The notes under the pieces are model-generated. The model was not told where the DNA came from. It did not search any database and saw only the letters and a program-made list of their open reading frames with translations. From NCBI GenBank assembly GCA_965112155.1, contig OZ218111.1: DNA of 64,000 bases; one strand, 5' to 3'. Below, one piece after another: positions 1 through 13,341 of this stretch. The translations under genes and the position numbers were made by a program. This DNA is from Podarcis liolepis. Its lineage: Eukaryota. The first letter of the stretch is position 1. Each line of letters starts with the position of its first letter.

Positions 1-595
1 GTAACATCTTTCTGGGTCAGCCTACCACTCCCTTCAAACAGCTCATTTCCAGCAACTATGGTGTTGTTATTCAGAAGCAAGGGTAAGCCAGTAAGGTATA
101 CTTTCCCACTTTACTTCTTAGAAGATGCAGCTGTGCTTGGAGGAGTCACACCCACGACTTTTAAAAGCATGAGAATGCAGTATCAGAAGGGTAATACTTT
201 TGTTTATTTTGAAAAGGAGACACTTGTAAGGCAAACTTCCAGGCATTGTTCCAGAGTCAGGACATCTCCTCTCTGAAATCCACATGATTAGTTCTCTTCA
301 ACATATTGTTCCTAACATTTCTCAAGATGCACTCTTGACAGGCTAGTTTAAGAAAACCCCACTGGATGCAGCCTAAAAAGTTGTGTCATTGATGAATACA
401 TCTTTTTACACAACACTTACTGGACTTCTATGGGGCTAGGCCAGGCCCCTGGCCACCCTTCAAATCTGGTCTCATACAACTTTCTTTCTGGTCCAGCTCT
501 GCACACAAATCATTGTGATGCTACAATTCTTTCAGTGGGCCTGTACTAAAAGCACCACCTAACTGCTGGTAAGGGCAGAGGGCAAGGGGCCAAGT

Positions 596-930
596 TTTTA
601 TTATTATTATTAAAGATTTTCTTGATTTACAAAAGTGTGTGCAATCTCTCTCTCTCGTATTCCCCCTCCCCCATGTAACATGTTTACAAATCAGTTTCAT
701 TTGTTGAGACATTAGGAAGAAAAGGGGCAAAGAGGTGGAGGTGGGTGAGGGGAGGGGTGAGGTTGGGTGGCGATGTTTCTATTTTACTTACTATATGTAG
801 GGTTTGGTGTCAGCGTTGCTTGTGCAGGTTCTTTGTTGTTCACTTGTATTCCTTTGGTGGTGAGAGAGGTTGGGGTTGGCCTATGGTGTGGTTATTCATT
901 TGTGGTTGGCTGTGGTGGTCTTTGTTTTCA
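596..930 (-). mobile_element. 5'-truncated retroelement 3' end with 15-bp TSD
   Basis: GGCAAGGGGCCAAGT directly repeated at 581-595 and 931-945; insert ends in (TAA)n/A-rich tail on the - strand; family not identified. Confidence 0.65.
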
Positions 931-2499
931 GGCAAGGGGCCAAGTCGACACTGATTCTATAAAGGGAAATTGTGTTGCTTCTTGCTTAGCTACCAAGGTA
1001 GGAGATTTGCTCAATAGACTGAAGAGTCTTCTGCTTGCCTCCTAATTAGGCTACCCATAATTTTAATTTAAGTGAGTGTATTCTCAGTTTAGAACACCTT
1101 AAGCTACACTGGCAATGTGGGAGCAGCTGCAGTATATGAGCTTTCTGTGCCTCTAAGGTACCATGAGACACCCCAGAACACGGAGGAGCCCATGTTGTGC
1201 CCAGCTTCGTCCCTCCCTGAAGTGGTTTAATTCAGAACAAACTTGTGAATAGACATTCAGAATTGATACAGACTGGGAACAGACAAATCACTCTCTTTCC
1301 AGTTACAGAAAGCTGTGTGGCTTCCACCAGAATCAGCAGCCCTGCACCTCTTCTTCATAGTTCTCCCATAACTTGTGGTAACACTAGATAACATGATGCC
1401 ACAGTGAAGTAGAGAGCAGGGATCAGGAGAAGTCTAGTGCCTTTTGCATTACTAGATGCTGCCAGAGGGGGAAGTGCATTATATATTTTGGGTGGCAGCC
1501 ATGCATCTCCTGTAACATCTAGCTCTGATTCAAACCTGTACCTTGTACAGCAGATGTTGCTGTTTTTTAATTAGTTTTGTGCAGTCTGATCCTATGCATG
1601 TTTACTCGTAAGTAAACACCAGTGAATTTAACAGGACTTGCTTCCATGGAAATGTACATAGCGCTGCAGCCACCAAGTGGAAATCAATTAGGTCTAGCTG
1701 ACAGTGCATTCAAGTTCCAAAACCATCTCAGATTTTCATTTCTATTATCCAGACTAGACCAAGGCAGGTACAGTTAATTTAATTTCCATACTTATGAACA
1801 CAGGCTTTATTTGGTTATGCTAAATGATGTCCTCAGGGACATTAGTGCTCTGTAAATGCATAACAGTCAGATTAGACAATAGTATGTGATTTGCTGGTGT
1901 AATTAAATAAAAATGATCTCATTTAGAAACCTCATTCTGCTTGGGATTTAAACATACATCTCTATCTGCTCTTTCAGTGGCTGAAATTATTTTAAAACTT
2001 GAAAACTGAACTGTGAATTATTTGCTGAAAGGTTGCTTTTGGATAGAGCTTGCTGGGATTTTGGGGTACATTCTGTTACTCTTTTCAGATACAATTTGTT
2101 GAGCAAAATTTGTTTCAGACATAAATGTAGCATGATTGTCAACAGTCCTGACTGTTTGCGCATGTCTCTCCCTTGCCCCCCCCACCGAAGTTGTGCCTCT
2201 GTGATATGAATTGGAGAAGGCTAGATTTTTATGGCTTTCTATACCAGTGAGAAGTTGCCCTGGCAATCAAACATGTATCCAGTTTTTAACAGGGATAGAT
2301 TAAGAGATTTGCCGAGTTTCAGGTCAGAATAGTTTGTTTGGAAAATAGTATTTCGGTTGCCTTTAAATGCTTGGCTAAAGCTGCACCAGGCAAGGAGCTT
2401 TGTGTTTTCAAAGGGAGATGGTATTTCTTATCTCTTTTCACAGGGAAGATTAAAAACCTTCTCCATGCAGGACAAGCAATGTGTTCTTAGATGAAAAAA

Positions 2500-2521
2500 T
2501 GTGTGTGTGTGTGTGTGTGTG
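2500..2521. repeat. (TG)n microsatellite
   Basis: Direct inspection. Confidence 0.9.
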
Positions 2522-4213
2522 CAATGTGTGAATTTCTTGCATATCGTTATGTTTAAGAATGTTTCTTTTTGCCATTTTTGGCAGAAAGAAAGAGCAGAGG
2601 TTGGGGGGTGGGGATTACATAGGTGACTGAGAGAGTATGATGACTTCATCTTTCCATCTTGTGCACATGTGCGCATATGCTAAACCTGAAGCGACACTGG
2701 ATGTGTTTTTGTAGTTCAAAGCAGCTATAGGGGTTCCCAAATTAGATAGGAGAAGCAGCATTGTGGGTGGGGGTTTAAGCCTTTCTTCAATGCATGATTA
2801 TTTCCCTGATCTAGTTTGCCTGCTAAAGTTTGCTCCATGGGGAAGAACAAAGCTGCACTGTACACATACTGCAGCCTCCACTTGCCACGGAAGCTGAGAT
2901 GTAGCTCCTGAATCAGAACATAACCCTTCACACACACAAAACCCACCACAGGGCTGTGCAAATGTTGCCCAACTTGTATTTTCTAATATTGGAAAGAATA
3001 GCAAGGAGTAGGCTAGAAATGGTTGAAAAATCCTCCCTCGTCACCCTTCTTTTGAACAGACCAGCGTCCCAGTCTTTTTCAGTGAAGATGATACCAGCTA
3101 GATGTGTTTTAAAGTGCCTCAGATTGTCTTAGGACACAATCATGTGGCAAAATACATAGGATTTGTTCAGAGAATGGGGGTTTACATAATTGGGACTCTG
3201 CCTGTACCATCCTTTTGGTTTGCACTCAAATACCACAGAGGTCTCAGTAATATAGCCTATCATAGCTAAACTCTATTTTTGGTATCTTCTGGTTTCTGCC
3301 TGGCTGTTTTCCAAGAAGAAATATCTGAGACGTGGCTAATGATCCCTGGGATTGTCTGGTTTGATGCCTCTATAAACATTTTCCAGTTTCTTTTTCCCAC
3401 ACAGAGCCGTGCCTCTGGCCTCGCTGCCACTCCCCCCCCCCCCCGGGATTTCATAGTGAAAATGTATTTTATATAAATCATACCCTGTGAATAGACAGAT
3501 GTTTATATCTAGCGAACATGGGAGTCACGTAGACACTCACAATATTGAGCCACTCCCCACCTCTAGACATGCTTGACCCTAAGAGCTATAATAAGGAAAT
3601 AGCTTCATTACTCTGTGTGTCTTTGAGAAACAAGCTTCATATCACTTGCCTCTTTCCTGTGTCTTCAACATCGCTGAGAATTGTCCAAGTCCCCTGTTCC
3701 TGCCCCCCTCATTTAATTTCCTTTCCATGATTGGTTTTAGACTCTGCAATGCCTAAACAGTATTCCTTTGCAAGTACAGCCAGAGACACAATCTCTCTGT
3801 CTGAGTACAGCACTCATTATAATAGCGTCTAAGCATCCTGCTCTCTGGGCAGCAACAACAGCTCATTCATAACCACCATGATTGCTGTTTGACAAAGAAG
3901 CCCACATCCCATTCAACATCTCCAGTGCCAAGTGCTTTCTAAAAGAAAGAAAGAAAAATCTAAAGAGATTTAGGCAATTCTTCAGACCAGGAATGGGAGA
4001 CTTGTTCAGTGTGAGGGGACCTTCTAATGGGTTGTAGTATTTGGATAACATTCAGATCCAGAGAATCAGCAAGGTAGTGCAAGCTCAAGGAGATAGAATG
4101 GACTTCAATCAAAAATGAGGCATAGCACTTCTAAATACTCCCTGAAATTTTGCAGAAACTATATGCATTTTAACAACAACAACAACAACAACAACAGGTA
4201 GCTATGTTGATTA

Positions 4214-4303
4214 TGTTGTGTGGAAGACAGAAGTGCCTGGTGTGCTCTGGTCCATGGGGTCACGAAGAGTCAGACACGACTAAACAACAACAAACAACAA
4301 AAA
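4214..4303 (+). mobile_element. RTE/BovB-like LINE 3' terminus, severely truncated
   Basis: GTCCATGGGGTCACGAAGAGTCAGACACGACT followed by (AAC)n tail resembles the BovB 3' end; TSD ATGTTGATTA at 4204-4213 and 4304-4313. Confidence 0.75.
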
Positions 4304-7300
4304 ATGTTGATTAGGAGAAATTTGCGCTAAAATGCTGATGAATTTTATGGGGAACCCCCCCTTCCCTTGTAATCTGATGTGGAAATGTGGAGATGGGAAA
4401 AATGAGAAACCTAGATAAACCTAAATTGACAGATTCGCCTATCCCTGAGGTAATCAGTGCTGATCATGGGGCCTGTTTGCTGCTGATCCCAGGGGCGGAC
4501 TTTGGTTTTTCAAATTTCAATGGCACCCTGTACAAGGCCAAAATTTTGGACGTTCACCCCTCACCTTCCGTTCTGTTCAATTCACTATGTTATAGTTGCA
4601 ACGTCCTGCAACAAGCCTAAGGCTTTTTGCCCAGTGCAGCAGAACTGGTCACGCTGCCCTAAATCCGCCTCTGCACTTTGATCCTCCCTACTCTCTGTAG
4701 TCTTTTAGACCTCTTATTAGCACCTCATTTTGCTGCTTGTATAAACCAGGTTTTGTCTCTGTTGCTTCAAGTAGATTATACACAGGGCCAAATATACTGT
4801 ATGCTGAATACCGTATACTGTATTCTACATATGATCACACCACACATGTAAGAATTAGGTGCCTGAAAAGTAATGCTATATTGGCTCTCTTTTTAAAGGA
4901 GGGCTGTTACCTATGTAACTGTTTAGATTGATTAAAAAACAACAAGCATTTAGCCCTGATGAGACCTTACAAGACAAGTAGGAGGTTTTGGAGGCCTTCT
5001 AGTGATCAGAGGCAGTGGTGTATATTTCCTCCCTTGCCCTGAGCTAAAAGAAGAGCTCTTTATCTTCCACTGTGAAAAGCAGAAGCAGAATAAATTAGTG
5101 GAAAGAAGCAGCTGTATGCAAATTGGTTAATTTTGTGTACTCTATTTGAGCTCTGTATGCTTCTTAACAGTAGTACAGCTATATTAGAAACTTTGTCATT
5201 CTCTTCCACAGTGGAACTGAAAGGTGCAAACACCTTAGACTAATTTGGGTTGCATTTTTTTGGAGTTTGCAGAATTTGGCTACCTTCTCGCATAGTCCCC
5301 CCCCCCTTCTCCTCTAGCACAGTGACAGGGCTGGTGCATGTCCTGGGGGCATGGCACACCACCTGCAGGGGCATGGTGCCCAGTGCGGGTAGGCGAGCAG
5401 CCGCAATGGCACCCCACTGGGATCACGCTGCCAGGAGCAGTGCGCTCCCACCCTCCTCTTCCTCTGCCAGTGCTCTAGCACGAAATGGACATAGATCAGG
5501 TTAGAAGTCAGCTGTTCTGTTTCTGTCTATCATATGAAACATGGTGTATTAGTTAACACTTGCTCTGTGTCAGTGTGTAAATCCATTGAACATTGGCTAT
5601 GTGCCAAAGCTTTTAGACTGATCTGGACTTTTTGTGCAGCATCTGCTTTTTGACACATGAGGCTTCCGAGAGTGCTGGGGTGGTGTCACTGCCAGATTTT
5701 ATGGTCCTCCCTTTTCATGCTTGTGCATTAAGTAGCAGACCTGGCTTATTTGAGCTGCTCAAGATTGATAGCCGCCACAGTATATTAAATTCTCTCCCAT
5801 TAAAAAGGCAGTTAAAATAAGGAAAGGGGAAAGGAAGAATAGGGAATCTGTGGCCATCCAGATACTATTGGACTGCAACTCTAGTCATCCCTGACTGTTG
5901 TCCAGTCTTGTTGGGTCTGATGGGAATTGTAGTCTTCTAGAGACCCAAGCTTCTCCTTCCATTTGGGGCTATATAATTTACAAAAAAAGTGACTCAAAAG
6001 TGCAGCGGGTGGCTATGATAGAAGTTTAGAAAATCATGCATACCTAGAACTTGTAGTTATCCAGTGAAATTGCTTGGCTGTGGATTCAGAACATTCAAAA
6101 AGAAGGGTCATCTTCACAGCATTGATGTATGGAATTCACTGCCACAAAACATGGTGATGGCCATAACAGGGGATCAGTGAAATGCATGGAGATTTATCGA
6201 CAATTGTTAGCTATGATAACTGCATGGAGCCCCACGTTCCAAGGCCACTTGCCAGTAAATGCTGGTTGCAGGAAAAACAACAGCATGAAAGGGTTATAAC
6301 CCTCACATCCTTCTTGTGGGCTTCCCAGCGGCATCAGGTTTGCCACTTTGAGAAAGAGGATGCTGGGCTAGATATAGCCCTTTAGTCTGATCTAGCAGGG
6401 TACCTCAGATGTTCTTAAAATCATTTTGTTCCCTATTTAGTCCAAGAGCACAAACCAACCAGTGTAGTTGGCTGGATGGCTGTTTGCAGATACGTTGTAT
6501 GGCAAAGACACAGATGCCTCCCAAGACAATTACTGTGTTATACTTCAGAAGCAGTTTAACACAGGAGTTACAGCATATCTTTGTAGCAGTACAACCGCAG
6601 ATCTTTCTGCTATGGAATAACTTTTTGTTAGGTTCTTTATTAGGAATATTAAATGATACAAATAAATAGGCAAAGTCTTCTCATGTCATTGGTATATCAC
6701 AAAAATAGCATAATGAATTTGCAGTAATATCTACAACATATGGTGCATTACTGGAGCTTACTGTGTAAGTTATTGGTTTGTGAATTGGTTTAAACAAAAA
6801 CAAAGGGGATACAGGATAGAACAGAATTATAAGCAGATCTTTCTGGAGGAAGGCCTGGGTCAGGGTTGGACAGCTTTGTTCAACACTGGAAACCACATCT
6901 GAAAAAAATGTTACAGTAATGTATCTGTCGGTACCAGCATGAGTGCTAGAAAATTTTCTTTCCTAGAAAAGTAAAATGCAGACTTCTCAGTATTCTAACA
7001 AGACCCTGTGATCAGGAGCAACAACAGCCATTCCTGACAAGGACTGTGGACTTCTAAACTGATGGCATTTAACTGATTGGCTCTTGATGAAGTGTTAAGG
7101 GGAGTGTCCCTCTGTGAGCATCTCATATGATGTCTTCATCTTGGACTAAGATATAATCTGGGCCAGGAAAAATAAATAAGCAGCCAACTACAGGCAAAAT
7201 TGTTGTGAGAATCTGCTGAGGGTGGTTTCCTCAGTCACAAGCAGGCTGAGATGTTGGGGTAGCACCTCGTCAGAGGAGGCAAGAGGGGGAAAGAGGATAT

Positions 7301-8205
7301 CCTAGAACAAGTCTCTGGAAGCTCTGGAGCTGGTAGACTCTCATACCATTTGCATTTTTCCTCTGCCACTTCTTCTGCAAACTGTGTCAGCATTAGAAAC
7401 AAAGCATGTTTTATCCCTCCCCACCACCCCATCTTGTCTTAACCATTTAGTAAGATTTACATGAACAAAACAGAAATGGAACATGAGTCAGTTGCAGGGC
7501 TGCATGATTTAATTAATTCCACAATCACATCTCACCAGCAATTGCTTTTTTGGCACAGAACTCAACATCTTAAGAACAAGAGCTTTCTATCACTAATTGC
7601 GGTGTGTGATGGATTTTTGTCAGTATCATCGCTAGGGTGGGACAAACATCCTTCACATGCTGCTGTCCCAACTTAAGTTTCTAGTCTTCATGGCTTATTT
7701 GTGGGAAACATCTGGTCAAATTTCAAAAGCCAGGAGTGGGAAGGACTGGGCCAGATTTCTAGTACTCGGGGAGATTGAGAGAATGCAGTGTGCACAAAAA
7801 GCAAATGCATGCAGATTTGTATAACTTATTCTGATCACATCATTCAGCTTTACCTGTAGCAGAATTTGAGTTATTTAGGATGCAGATTTGTGAAAGGGGT
7901 GTGTGTGCAGAGTATGCAAAGTTTTGTTTCTCTCTCATACCCTGCTTCACTGGATTTGCTTACTTTCCATTCACTGAATGCAATTCTTAGTGGCATCACT
8001 TTCTCAATAACACTTCTGGGTGGGTATAACTGGCTCAGTTTGGAAGGGGACGTGTATGGCTTGTTTTTGTCCCACTTTTAAGCCCATTTTACATTTTGAG
8101 ATGAATACCTACTCGTATGGGTACCAATATGTGACAGCAATTGAATAAGAACTTAACTGACAAGAGCAAAATATGGGCAAATTGATTGTGTTGTGTCAGA
8201 TAAGG

Positions 8206-8334
8206 CAGGAGTGGGGAACTTTTGGTCCTCCAGATGTTGCCAAACTACAACTCCCATCAGTGCTAGCAAGTGTGACCAGGGAATGAGAGCTGTAGTTCAG
8301 AAACAACTGGAGGACCAAAAGTTGCCCACTCCTG
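8206..8334. mobile_element. ~130-bp palindromic non-autonomous DNA element (hAT-like MITE)
   Basis: TIR CAGGAGTGGGGAACTTTTGGTCCTCCAG ... CTGGAGGACCAAAAGTTGCCCACTCCTG; core CTACAACTCCCATC shared with about 8 other copies in the window. Confidence 0.7.
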
Positions 8335-9848
8335 CCTGAGATAAGGGTGTGTCCAGATGAACTGTTTATTGCAGGTTTATCCTGATTTGCTGGTACTAAG
8401 CTTACAAGGAGGTTTGGAAATATCTGATATTTACTGAAGATTCATTCTGATTTCTTTGCGGGGAGTTATATGAAAATGAACATTCATCCTGATTTGCTTG
8501 TGAAGCGTTTACACATCATCCTGTTAATCATTCTTTCATCTCACACTTTTCAGTGTATTTTCAAGTCATCTTCTGAACAGCAAAAAGGCAGTTTGCACTA
8601 GGGCAACAAAACACTACAATTGCTTTCAATTGCACAAACCTAAATTTCCAGGTATGCGCTTGGATCCCTCCCACAGAATACTGACAGCCTGGATGCACCT
8701 CAAGGAAGCTGAGTTAGAGAGCGGCTTCTGAGAAGTACATGTTCTCAAGCCATTCTGAATCCCCCTTCTGAGTTTGGAGAAGGCTATTTGAAAGAGGCTG
8801 TAGACACATGCTTTTCATGCAGGAGATCCCAGGTGCCTTCCTTGACATCGCAAGTGAAAAGCATCAAATGGCACAGTGGCGCTGAGTATATGGGGCAGAG
8901 GGGGCTTCAGCCCCCTCAATATTTGGGAGCATGGGGCTCAGCCCCAGTATCCGGTTCATATGCTGCATTTTAATTGGTCATACCATCCTGCCACCATCCC
9001 TGAATGCCTACTGCCCCTCTCCACACCTAGCAAAGTATTGCCACCTAGTGAGCTGGAAATCACACAACAAAGGGTAAAACCACGCATGACACTAAGTCAT
9101 GTGTAGTTTTTCTCTTTACTTTTTTAAAAATAAAATAAAATAAGGTGCAACTAGGGAGGCTGTAATCTGCAACATGAGACCTGGGCACAGGATGGGGCTG
9201 CTTAACCCTTTCCCTTACATCAGGCTTCTGCCTAAAATTGCTTTCCCATCCTTCTTAGCTTCCTCAACAGAGGAAAATGTATGCCACTTTGGCAGGAAGT
9301 CTTCAATCCTGTTTTGGGCATTGCTGAGGCCTTATTTCTAACTCAAGGTTGAGCACGGGGTCTGCAGGTCTGTATTTCTTCCTTGGCTCTGTGCTATAAT
9401 TTTACCTATGCTATTTCTTCATTGTATACCAGCAAGGTCTAGATGAAGCATTTAACAGCAAAGACACAAATGAGAGCTTCTCATCCCATTGGAGTTGTGC
9501 CTGTCCACAAAAGTGCACACTTTGGCCTGGTTTCAGACTTGAGTTTGACTTTTATGGTGTCTCAAAACTTCCAGTTTGCGCCTCCTGCTAGAGACCAGGT
9601 GTGCAATTGTCATGACCCAAACTTGCTTTCTATTTCCCCCTCTCTTCTAGTTTCTTTCTTACTTACTGGGGCTCAGACTCAAGAGATGCTGGAAATCCAC
9701 AACCTCTCTGAGGTGTGCAGCCCTTTTCTGGTTGAGCCATGAGATGGCAAGTGCTTCAAAGTCAGGTCTTCCCATGTGTCAAGTGCCGACACCTGACTCG
9801 AGAGGTGCTCTCTACATAACACAAGATAGACAGTGATGACGAAAATCA

Positions 9849-10145
<297 letters not shown>

Positions 10146-10829
10146 TCATCAACCGCTGGCAGCCTCTCTTTGTAGAAGATCCAAGAGTCCCGATCAGCTG
10201 CAGTACATTTAATTGGGGCTGCAGATGGGAGGCAGGCGCAGGATGAAGTTATGAATGGCTAGAGAACATCACCATTCATTCTCAAAGTCAGCTCCTGGGG
10301 GGTTTCTGATTGCACAAAGAGCAACTAGGCAGAGAGGGGCAATCCATATAATGAGCAGAAGCGAGGCTTCCAGAGTTCTGTCTTCCCAAGCGGTGCCTTA
10401 TCCACCTTCCTGCACTTTGAGCAGAGCCAAGCTGGTGAAGAGCTGAAAGATGAGGTGCATTCTTTCTGGAACCAACTTGCGAAATGTTGATGTAGGAAGT
10501 GCTGCGTTCTTGGACAGTAGAGGCTAAAATGCCTGCAAACGGTGCCGGGTGCCTCAACCTTCTGGAACACAGCTGTGAGAGGAGACTAAGATCTGCATAG
10601 GAGTTAGGCAGCAAGAGCTCTTAAATCGTTTCACAGCTGCCCCAAACTCAGAGCATCCCACAGACGCAGTAGAAATTCATTCTTAACACCAAGACAAATT
10701 CTGAGGAAAAATTCAACACTTATTCCCCAAGGAGCCCTGGAAAGCTAGTGTATTCCAAGGAAATCTGTTCTGCTGTCCCTGTTCTTCTGCGAATGTCAGG
10801 GCTGTGTGAGGTAGAAGCAGGATAGCAGA

Positions 10830-11000
10830 ACCTCTGCTGCAAGGAAGTTTTTTCCTCCTATCTCTCAATGGAGAGGAAATGGTTGTTTTTGTGGCTGTTT
10901 TTGGTGAGCCTCAGGGCGTAGCCGGCTGCAACAAACAGAGCCACTGCCACAGCAGTCAGATGTGAACAGGATGTGTTTCCTGAAAGGAAAAAGACTAAGG
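10830..11000 (-). promoter_or_regulatory. Candidate TMEM204 promoter/enhancer with clustered ETS cores
   Basis: AGGAAGT 10842-10848, AGGAAAT 10874-10880, AACAGGATGT 10965-10974, TTTCCTG 10976-10982, about 0.7-0.85 kb upstream of the ATG; TSS unknown. Confidence 0.4.
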
Positions 11001-11534
11001 GAGACTTCTAAAGTTCCAATCTCTCTCTCTCTCCCCTGCCCTCCCCCCATAAGCCTCCCCCCTCATTCCAGTATTCTCCTCCCTCTCTCTTCCTTTGCTT
11101 CCCAGAAAAATGTAACCAGTTCAGTGATATTGTGTTAGTAGGATTAGTTTTACAGGTCCTTTTATGTGCCAGATTCAGCTGTTGGGGCTTGAGCCAATTA
11201 TGAAACCCGACTGGGAAAATCAAGGCTTTTCAGGGACTAGAGTTATCTGGGCCTCTTCCCAAGCAAAATTAAAAACCAAACTCTCAGATCCTGGCAATGA
11301 AAGCAAGAAGTTTGGAGATTTTTATTTTTTTTAACAATTTGCTTACTGACAGGAAAAATAACCAAAAGTATGTGAGGGGAAATTGTCACTTGGGAGTTTC
11401 TCTTGCAGTATCTGTCTTCCAAAGACAAATTTAGCATCACATCATGCTGATGTGCACTTTATGAGAGTAATTCCATTTGCAGGACAAAAATTGGTCATGT
11501 TGATGAGTGCTAAGGACAGTCAAGCAACTCTTTC

Positions 11535-11536
<2 letters not shown>

Positions 11537-11566
<30 letters not shown>
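11537..11566. repeat. (TG)n microsatellite
   Basis: Direct inspection. Confidence 0.9.
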
Positions 11567-11570
<4 letters not shown>

Positions 11571-12989
11571 ACTACAGCTCTTGCCTTTATTTGCAAAAGC
11601 TAATTTTACTTTAAAATATGCCTTTCACATAAAAAATAGAAAAAAGCTAATAACCTGAAAGTATTCAATCAAAATAAAACTATAGTAAAAAGCAGTAAAA
11701 TGCTTGTAAAAACAGACAGCAGGTGTAAAAAGAATAAAAGCAGAAATGTATATGAATAATATCAAACAGTGGCAGAAGTATCCAGTAAAAAACAACAACC
11801 TGGCAATTGGAGCAATAAATAAATAAAGGTGCAACTAGTGCTCCTCATTCATATCATATTTCTATACACAGTTCCTAATATAGTGGTAACATTAAATCAG
11901 TGGTGGACAATCTGTTGCCCTCCAGATACTGCTGGACTCCAACTCCCATCGTCCCCAGCCAGCATGGCTTAATGTTTAGAGATGATGGCATTCATCAGTC
12001 TGAAGAGACAATGGAGTACATTTACAGGGGTGAAATCAAAATGCTGCCTTAAGAGCACCGAAGTGACCTTCTTGGAGTGCAAGCCTAGGCAGTGTGTGTG
12101 TGGAGGTCCCAGGCTGCCCAGACAACAATACCCACTTCTTGGCATCTCTCATGTGGTCCAGAGGAAAGTACAGCAATACATTTGACATCAGCTGGGCTGC
12201 AGGAGTTGCTGGAAGGTTGTGTACAAGGTCCATCTTAGGGACTCCACTCTGGATTTGTGTAGGGTTTACTCCTTAGCCTTCTCTTCTCCTGAAGATAATC
12301 CCTCCAGGCAGCGGACGTTTAGAATCAAAGTGTTTCTTCCAGATGGGCTACCTTCCCAGGTTGATAAGCCCCATCTGCCCCTAACTTTCCTCTACAGCAC
12401 ATGCAGTAACCACCTTCTTTACCATTGGGCACAATGTTGGTCTTGTCTGCTCAATTTACCAGAGCCTGTTTTCACATTCAGGGAAAGTTCTTAATTTACC
12501 AAGGGTTTGAGATCTGTGGGAGATCTGGAGCAATATCTGGAGGGTCACAGACCTGCCTCCCCCACCAAACTACAAGAATGTTAAAATAAGACTAGCAGGT
12601 AACTGTAGCTTGAAATCAGTATGTGTTTTGCTTTTTTTTAGTTTTTGAATATTCAAGGTTGTAGCTATCTCAGTTATTCTCAGAGTAGGCCTACTGAAAT
12701 TAATGAAACTAAGTTAGGTATGTCCATTAATTTCAATAGTAGGGCTAGCATTGGACACAACCCTCTGTGTCTTTCTTCCTTTTTTGCATAATTTTTGTGT
12801 TAGTTGTAGCCTGCACTAAATCCAAACATGTGTGATGATTACATCTTTTTAAGCCCAAGTTGCAGATGTTCTTGGCACTCTTTGGGAAACAACACATGCT
12901 TATATCCATCTTTTTCTTTTATAAAAAATAATCATACATATGTAGATGGTAGAATGGACTGGGAAAGGGGTGATGTCTGCGCAACAGAA

Positions 12990-13341
12990 GGGGGACGCAG
13001 GTGGGTAAAACCTCAGTGCCTAGGACTTGCTGATCGTAAGGTCGGCAGTTCGAATCCCCGCGGCGGGGTGAGCTCCCGTCATTCAGTCCCAGCTCCTGCC
13101 CACCTAGCAGTTCGAAAGCACCCTTAAGTGCAAGTAGATAAATACTTTATAGCGGGAAAGTAAATGGCGTTTCCGTGTGCGGCACTGGTGCTGGCTCGCC
13201 AGTTGCAGCTTCGTCACGCTGGCCACGTGACCCGGAAGTGTCTTCGGACGGCGCCGGCTCCCTGCCTCTTGAGCGAGATGAGCACGCAACCCTAGAGTCG
13301 GTCACGACTGGCCCGTACGAGCAGGGGTACCTTTACCTTTA
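12990..13341 (+). mobile_element. Sauria-type SINE
   Basis: tRNA-like head with B box GTTCGAATCC, core CTAGCAGTTCGAAAGCAC..GTGCAAGTAGATAAATA, (ACCTTT)n tail; 13-bp TSD CTGCGCAACAGAA at 12977-12989 and 13342-13354. Confidence 0.92.

Noticed and set aside
13030-13075. tRNA-like GTTCGAATCC motifs (also near 15475 and 27377)
   Set aside because: SINE heads, not complete cloverleaf tRNAs
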